The translations under genes and the position numbers were made by a program. A stretch of 57,060 nt of DNA, the filler included, from Dugesia japonica (Eukaryota), in the NCBI GenBank assembly GCA_001938525.1. It is 4 parts of 4 records of this genome, joined end to end, with 100 filler letters (N's around TTAATTAATTAA, not from the genome) between each part and the next. Parts side by side here need not be neighbours in the genome. Positions count along the whole stretch, not along the records: positions 44,505 to 57,060 come from MQRL01591519.1; 3 more parts are not named here. One strand, 5' to 3'. Under the pieces are notes generated by a model that did not search any database, was not told where the DNA came from, and was given only the letters and a program-made list of their open reading frames with translations. Below, piece by piece: positions 49,970-57,060 of the stretch; the stretch's first letter is position 1; every line of letters starts with the position of its first letter.

Positions 49970-51340
49970 TATATGGGAGTTGCAAGATATTTGTATAAAT
50001 TAGCAATATAATCAACTGTTGGTTAAAACCAGAGTACCACCCAAATAGAATACAAAAGAATATATTGCCAAACCATTGCATTCCTCCTAAACATTTATCT
50101 ACAAAATTACCCATTGACCTTTTAAAATGATCTACGTGTAATAGTGATTCAAAATTCACATCGTCTCCAGTACTCCCTTTTACTACTTTGACAACCATTA
50201 TTGATATTATTTTTTCTCTTAGTATTGGAAAAAGCATTTGTTTTCTCACTTTTTAAAAATATCATTGATCGTTTAAATACCATGATTTTCCATGTTATCA
50301 ATCCTCTCTATTTCGGTTGTTCTACTAAGTTCTATCATTTTCATCATAAGTGGAGTTGGTGCTGTCTTTCTATCTGATACCGTTATCCGTGCTTCCTCAG
50401 TTATTTTATACATAGGGTCAAGAATGTTGCTGTATTTTTCAATTACCTTTAGTTGATAGTGCTTATCGGCTAATATTCTTGTTATAGGAAGCAAGAATAC
50501 TTTTTCTCCTTTATAAATTACTGGTAATTCATTAGTACCCTGTTCATGATTTGTGAGAGTAACTGTTACAGGTTTTCATTTCAAACTTACTAAGGTTTTT
50601 TCCATTATTCTTCCAAATGTTCCTCTTTCCTCAAGCAAGAGTGGTGCAATCAAATCAAGATTTGTGATTACTATTGCCATTTTTGTTCTCAACAATTTTC
50701 GGTTCATTTTACAGTCCCTTATGACGGTTTTCTGATATATTCTGTCTACCTGTCTTAATATTTCATGATATAGGTAATCAATCTTATTCTTTTTCTACTT
50801 ATTAATTTTTCAATTAGTCTGGCATCTTTAATTTATGTTGTTGATAAATATAGATCATTGTAGTTAGTTACCTTTACTGCCATACGCCATTTGCCTGTTC
50901 ANNNNNNNNNNNNNNNNNNNNNNNNNNNNNNNNNNNNNNNNNNNNNNNNNNNNNNNNNNNNNNNNNNNNNNNNNCACCGTTCTTAATCTTGTGAGTGTAC
51001 ATTCAAATGGGTTTATTTTGTATGGGATCATGGATTCTTCAGTATCGCAACTTGTATCTTTTAAGTTACAAAATGCATGTGTCATCATTTTTCCTGTGGC
51101 TGCAGCAAAGGTTGCTTTTATCTTTTTTAATTACACATGGTACTGTCTTCTTACTAAAATATTAGTTCTCATTACTCCCAATACTTTATAACTNNNNNNN
51201 NNNNAATATCCACCTGATGTGGACCATCCTCTTAACATCCACTTTCTGTTTCACTCTTGCTCCAATCTGTGCTTTTAACTCATATCCATGTACCTTTAAA
51301 ATTTTTGTTTAGAATGCATTTTCACAATCATTTGCATCGA
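49970..51340 (-). pseudogene. Class III (chuvirus/herpes gB-like) envelope glycoprotein of an LTR element
   Basis: CNLKDTSC..., DYLYHEI..QV..IY...RDC..R.LL.T.MAI, TFGRI, KPVTV.L..TNELPVIYKGEKVFLLPITRIL, HGI.., RKQMLFP..RE, then membrane-proximal/TM WFGNIFFCILFGWY. Confidence 0.75.
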
Positions 51341-52299
51341 TTATGTGATTCGATTATGTGATTTGATTCAACATTATTCTATTTGTTACATTATGATTCG
51401 ATTATGTAATTTGAATTTTATATATATAATGTGATTTGATGGTAATTGACTTTTATGTATAACAATTTATGAATATTGTATTTTTAGTTTTTATTGGAAC
51501 AAGAATATTTACAAATCAATTTTACCTTATGAATTTTATCAAATTTTTCAAATAATTTCTTAAATAAAATCAATAAGAATTTCTCAAACAAAACCAATTT
51601 TAAGTAAACAGGAAATTCTTAAATTTGCTTTATGTTAATTTTAGAATTAATTTTCTAAATGAAAATAAGTGGAAATTAATTTTTTTGTAAATTAATCAAT
51701 TATATGAATTTTTTCTAAATGAATTTATTTTATAAGTGGAATTTTATTTATTTTGTAAATTTTTATTTATTTTATTTCGAAAAATTTATTTATTTTGTGA
51801 ATTTTTATTTATTTTATTTGGAAAAATATTGTGTGTAAATATTGTGTGAAAGTAGCTGGTAATAATTCAGTATAAATAGAGAGCTAAAACTCATTATTTT
51901 AACGCTTTTATTAAAAGCAAAAAAAGTTTAAACCTTCTGAGGTTTACAACTAAAGCTTAAAATAATAACTAGAAATTTCTCTTTTTAAAAAAGTACTTGT
52001 AAAAGCATAACAAAAGACACTTGTAAAGATATTGTTATCTAATTATAATTTTAAAAATTAATTTCTTTAGTTTCATTAAATAAGGAATACTATATAGTTT
52101 ATTTATATTATATCGATTTATTTATAATAAACATTAAGTCTTATAAGGAAATTTTTATAACAGTAATATATTGGGATTAATACAGTCTAAAATCAATTAA
52201 TTAAAACTCACGCATTATTGATTTATTTTGGCAATTAATACCCAAAGTATCTCAACAATGAGTTTCATATCTTCGAATATCATTATAGCTCTATTTTGA

Positions 52300-54500
52300 G
52301 TTATTATACAGTCAAATAAGTCAGCATGTACCAACTTGATTAGACTTCTTATAATCCTGCTGATACCTGTTTGTCGTAGCTTTGTGAAATATTATTTAAA
52401 TGTTCAGCTTGAACCTATCCTGGTATTACACCATNTGATTTTGATCTGCCTCTTGATCTTTAGTAATCTGATTCTTTGTCTTTAAATATTTTTTTTCTTT
52501 TCTTAATTTATCTTTTCGATTTTCGTTTGCTGTATTTGACTTCTCTCGTATTTTGTTATCTTGTTCATTTGCTCTGTCTTCTTTAGCTATAACTGCTAGT
52601 GCTATTAGGTTTAGAATTTCTTCCATTGATTGTTGTTAACCATTAGTTATTGTTTATGGTACATGTTTCATTATTGTTGCACTTATGATATTAGTATTAC
52701 CTAGAATATTTCCATATTCCATTAGAGCTTTATTTTTATTAAGTTCTGTATTGTAAAATGACAATTGTATCATATCTTCTGCTTGTAGCAATATTGGCCA
52801 ATCTCTTTTCACTGTTTTCAATAATTTATTTGTTTTTGCACATGCCTACATTGTTAGTGCTAATGCTGTCAAACAACAGTCATCTTGTCTCACTGTAACT
52901 TTGACATTTAGAGGCTCTTGTCAGTTGTCATTTTTCTTCACATAATTACTATACTTTTGAAATATTTCATATATTGCATCAAGATTCTCTCATATTTCTA
53001 TCTTACTTCAATTCTTTGCTAGAATGATTATTATTGGTTTGATTTTTTGAAAGTTGATAGGGTATTCATTGATATATTTCAAGTATTGCAACAATCTAAG
53101 TTCGTTGGTGCTTTCCTTTTTTAGTTCTTATCTGACATTTTCTATCAATATTTCTTGTTTTCTTTCGTCCATCGCATATAAATCCACTTCTACTGGTTCA
53201 TACACATTTATCTCATATTCATTTCTTTCTTGCTGTCTTTCCATTATTTGCTGGTAATGTATTTTTATATCTTCTAACTCAATTCTCATATTTTCATTAG
53301 CTTCATTGCTTACTAATTCAATAGCATTTTTTGTTTCTGGGCGGAATGATACATCTTTTTTCAGAATACTTCTAGAGTCGTTTGGTTTGTTTCTGCTTAC
53401 TCTTGCTTTATGTCCGCATTTATTACAATTATTAATACAATATTTTATTTGCTCTTTGTTGTTTAATTTATCTCTTCCTTCATTTAAGAAATAAAGGCTT
53501 AGACTCCTTCTATTGTCATATCTTTTTGGACTGAATCCTCTACTATTTTGATTATATACTCTTGCTAAGCTTGCATTTCTGTCTTAATTTCTAGCTGGGC
53601 TAAGCTTCCTGTTGTAGTTATTATAATTTCTTCCAGGACTTGAATTTTGGTTGTTATTGTTATAGCTCCTTTCAGGGCTTGAATTTATATTATAATCGTT
53701 GTAATTTCTTCCGGGACTTGAATTTCTATCATTTTTTAGATAATAATCTGATTTAAATTTTAAATCTTGGTTTTTCTATTATCGTGAGGGTTTTGATATG
53801 CGTTCCTCATTTTGCTCCATGATAATTCCTCTTTGCTTGATTCTATTGCATATTTTTGCAATTAGAGCTTTTCAAATGTATGTATGTGTACCATTCAGAA
53901 ATTGAAATTCTATGATATGACCAATATTACCTCTTTTTCCAAAAACTTATTCTGCTAATCTTTCTAGCTTACTTGTGACTATTATTTTTTTCTTCAAAGT
54001 TTCTTTTAATTCCTTACACTTATCTGGTTTGATACTTATATAATATAAGTATTTTTTAACATTTTAATGCATATTCTTTTAAGTAGAGTGGCAATCGCTT
54101 AATCAGTTCTGCTTCTATCCATCCGCAAGATGTGGCACAAATGTGGATATGTTCAAAATATGCGTCAATTTCCTCAGGTTTCCCTGCATAAAATTTTATG
54201 GGCAATGCATTCAATGTAGCGCGTTATACGAATCAACCGTCTATTTGATCATTAATTGGTAGATTTCTAAATGGTATATTATTTTNATTATTTTCTGTCA
54301 TTTTTTGAATATCACCTTTTTGCAATTTGTATACTACTTCTTCTTCAATGATAACTTCTTCTTTTTCTTTCAACCTGAAAACTAGTCAAACAATTTCTTT
54401 GGTTTCGTTTCAACCGGTAAACTCTGAATCACTTTTCAAACTCTATTATTTAAAGGAAACTGATTTTATATTATCAGAACTTAGGTAAGAGTTTGCGACA
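52300..54500 (-). pseudogene. gag (capsid region, SP-R repeats, decayed CCHC) with long in-frame unknown extension
   Basis: KFYAGKPEEIDAYFEHIHICATSCGW; NSSPGRNYN repeats; CINNCNKCGHKAR; ~300 further codons in frame with scattered stops. Confidence 0.65.
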
Positions 54501-54668
54501 GGAATTCAATCCAAATATAATACAAAACTTAAGATAATCAAATTAATAAACTTTGATAAAATACCGTAGGAAGATTTCTCCAATATTTGATATCAAATTG
54601 ACTAATACACGGTAGATTTTAATAAAAGTCTGAAAACCTGCTTGATTTTAATATTTTTTACTATTTTG

Positions 54669-54688
54669 ATTCTCGGTTCGCGGCACCA
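54669..54688 (-). promoter_or_regulatory. tRNA primer-binding site (Phe- or His-like)
   Basis: TGGTGCCGCGAACCGAGAAT, 4 nt after the LTR end ...CTCAACA. Confidence 0.8.
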
Positions 54689-54692
54689 AATT

Positions 54693-55470
54693 TGTTGAGT
54701 ATTTTAATGTATGTTGATACAATATTATATAAATATAATATCTTAAGCAAAGTATAAATAAGGGGATATATAGTGCCCTTATATAAACAAACTAAAACAC
54801 ACTTTTATAAAAGATAATATTTTTTATGTATAACAAATATTTCTGCACTTAGAATCTTATTAGCAATATGTCATATTTAACAGAAAATGCCGCTCTGAGA
54901 GATTGGATTTTCTAGTATATTTACAAGTCTAAATAAAACTAAAAAATAATCAGTATTTATACTGATTTCATTCATACTTCCCAACACCAAGTCAACCAGT
55001 AAAATAACACAAAATAAAATTTTATTGACTTTTACTTATAGTCATTTATTTTTTTNAATGAAATTTTTCATGTTTGTTAAGTTTTTGAAAACTTTCGATC
55101 AATTTATTAAATATTTACACAATAACTAAATTATTTCAAAACTAATTTCAAAATAAAATAGAATCAATTCAAAAATGTGCAATTAAACTAAATTATTTCA
55201 AACCAATTTCAAAATGTAAAAATAAAAATAAATATACAAATTTATGAAATATTTCAATCAATGATAAATATACGCCATTTATGAAATGTTTTAATCAATT
55301 GTTTATTAATTTTCCACTATTTTCTAATCAATGTTTTGATTTTTCTGTTGTATATTGATGCTGATTGACTATTAGATTGGAATGATTATTGATTATGTAT
55401 ATATGTATGTGCTATTGTTTATGTGTGCTTGTTATGTATCTTAGTAGTGTTCGGTTTCCAGATCCCAACA
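54693..55470 (-). mobile_element. 5' LTR (TGTTG...CAACA); alternative 5' boundary at 54986
   Basis: TGTTGGGA at 55470 exactly where pPolB homology stops, and again at 54986; TATATAA and ATTAAA on the minus strand before the PBS. Confidence 0.65.
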
Positions 55471-56577
55471 CACGGAACCTGTTGAAAGAAATCCGCCAAT
55501 AGATATACATCCAGCTGCAGATACATCATCATATAGTCTAAAAGATTCTTACAGCCGGTTATTGTCCTCATATCTAATTCTTTTTGGTAATCTTGCTCAT
55601 TAACTTCTTCCAATTTTAATGGCACTGACGTTGTTTCAACCAGAACTTGCAAACTGATTGCATAGTTATGAAGAAATATTCCCTTTGACATCTTTATTCT
55701 GCTATCTTTAAATTCATTTGTTGTCAAAGGTATCTCTTTTAAGGATTTGACTGCTGCGTCTATTGATAAATTAATAAATTGGTATGAGTAATGAATTTGC
55801 TTTCTTATTTTCTTCAAATGAGCTATCAAACATAGGAATTTTTCGGATGTTGTTTGTATGCAAGATATGCTCCAATTTTGACNTTTATTCAATCCATACT
55901 TCAAAATATGATGTAAGTCATATTCTCTGAGATTATGGAATACTACCGGCAACTTTTTATATATTCTTCTAATCAAGCTGCCTTTATTTCAAGCTGGACC
56001 AATATATTTCCCTGTTAAATGGTAATGGTCACGAGCTGGTTTTATTAATGATTTTTAACACAAAATAAAATTGGTAGAGGTAATGATATGTCTTTTTGTT
56101 GCGAACTGAACTACAATAAGCTTCTTTTTTAGTTGATTGAGAATACGGGTACACTATATTAATAGCGATTTCTTCCATTGTCTTTAAAAAATCAAATATA
56201 CATTCATTCCCAATGAACTTACTATATTTGGTCTCGTTAGTATGGTTGTTTACTAACAACANTCCAGCTGAAAAAGGTTAATGTTTCTTGAAATGCTTTT
56301 CATCTGGTGACTAAAAATCAGCGTATATTACGAAAAGACGTGTCATTGTTTTAGAGTAATCAGTAAACTCTAAATTCTTATCAGATGGCATATTGTACAT
56401 TGTCATTTCAGTTTGAATTCTTTTGCAAATTGGTAGAAGTTTTTCAAAAGCAGATTTATTTCTGAAATTATGTAGACAATTTTTGCCACAAATAATTCGG
56501 ATTCGAACATCATGATTGTTAAGCAAATCTTCAATCAGTAATTCATTTTGCAAATCATGATTTATATTTTTAGACAT
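55471..56577 (-). pseudogene. Polinton pPolB of the endonuclease-VII-insert type, fragment
   Basis: Zn finger CGKNCLHNF; ExoI FVIYADF*S; RDHYHLTGKYIGPA (EndoVII-like); ExoII PVVFHNLREYD; KGIF; ExoIII YLQLDVYLLADFF. Confidence 0.9.
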
Positions 56578-56589
56578 AATTTATTTTAC

Positions 56590-57060
56590 TACTACAACAC
56601 ATGCTTCATTGGCCCACATATATCTGTGAATATCACTTCAAAAAAATTGATAGCTTCTAAAATCTTTGTCTTCTCTTTAATTGCTGTTGTCACTATTTTG
56701 GTCTTCTGACCAATTTCACAACCACAAACTATCTTCTGTATTTGGCTTTACAAATTCTTTGCAATATATTTGTTTCTCATNNNNNNNNNNNNNNNNNNNN
56801 NNNNNNNNNNNNNNNNNNNNNNNNNNNNNNNNNNNNNNNNNNNNNNNNNNNNNNNNNNNNNNNNNNNNNNNNNNNNNNNNNNNNNNNNCTTTCTCAGATA
56901 TGTTTAAATGATCTTCTTTTTCCTTTTCAATTATATTGATTATTCTCGTTTTAATCTTCCCTTTCTTAGCTTCTTCATGTGAAATATGACATTTGACATT
57001 GTACACATACCTCAAATCTTGGTCTAGATAACATATCTGCATTAGCATGTTGAATTCCTT
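56590..57060 (-). pseudogene. Gypsy pol fragment, same family as 10950-13130
   Basis: QHANADMLSR..CVQCQ; nucleotide block 56610-56780 closely matches 11060-11230. Confidence 0.85.

Noticed and set aside
54665-54690. tRNA-like 3' end with CCA
   Set aside because: Only ~20 nt, next to an LTR end; a primer-binding site, not a tRNA gene.

Overview
AT-rich, gap-rich eukaryotic (metazoan) scaffold; host genes have very short 39-63 nt GT-AG introns. All protein assignments come from motif recognition by eye, with no database search. Host genes: an intact intronless class-A peptide GPCR (8888-10003, -), five internal exons of a JIP3/JIP4 (sunday driver) homolog (18213-26181, +), and two tandem MGST3-like glutathione S-transferases (29221-29901 and 34310-34988, -). 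The rest is mostly decayed mobile DNA. It includes three Polinton/Maverick remnants carrying two distinct pPolB types, Ty3/Gypsy remnants, two mariners, a hAT, a MULE, TIR elements and minisatellites. Main findings: (1) two Polinton copies carry a compact TBP-like gene head-to-head with the packaging ATPase, and small spliced accessory genes lie beside the Polinton remnants, including a BC-box/Zn-motif protein and a family with a conserved intron; (2) a ~250-bp palindromic repeat is built from two back-to-back minimal hammerhead ribozymes of Penelope type; (3) an LTR-PBS-gag element with no recognisable pol carries a chuvirus/gB-like class III envelope gene and is inserted into a Polinton polymerase.
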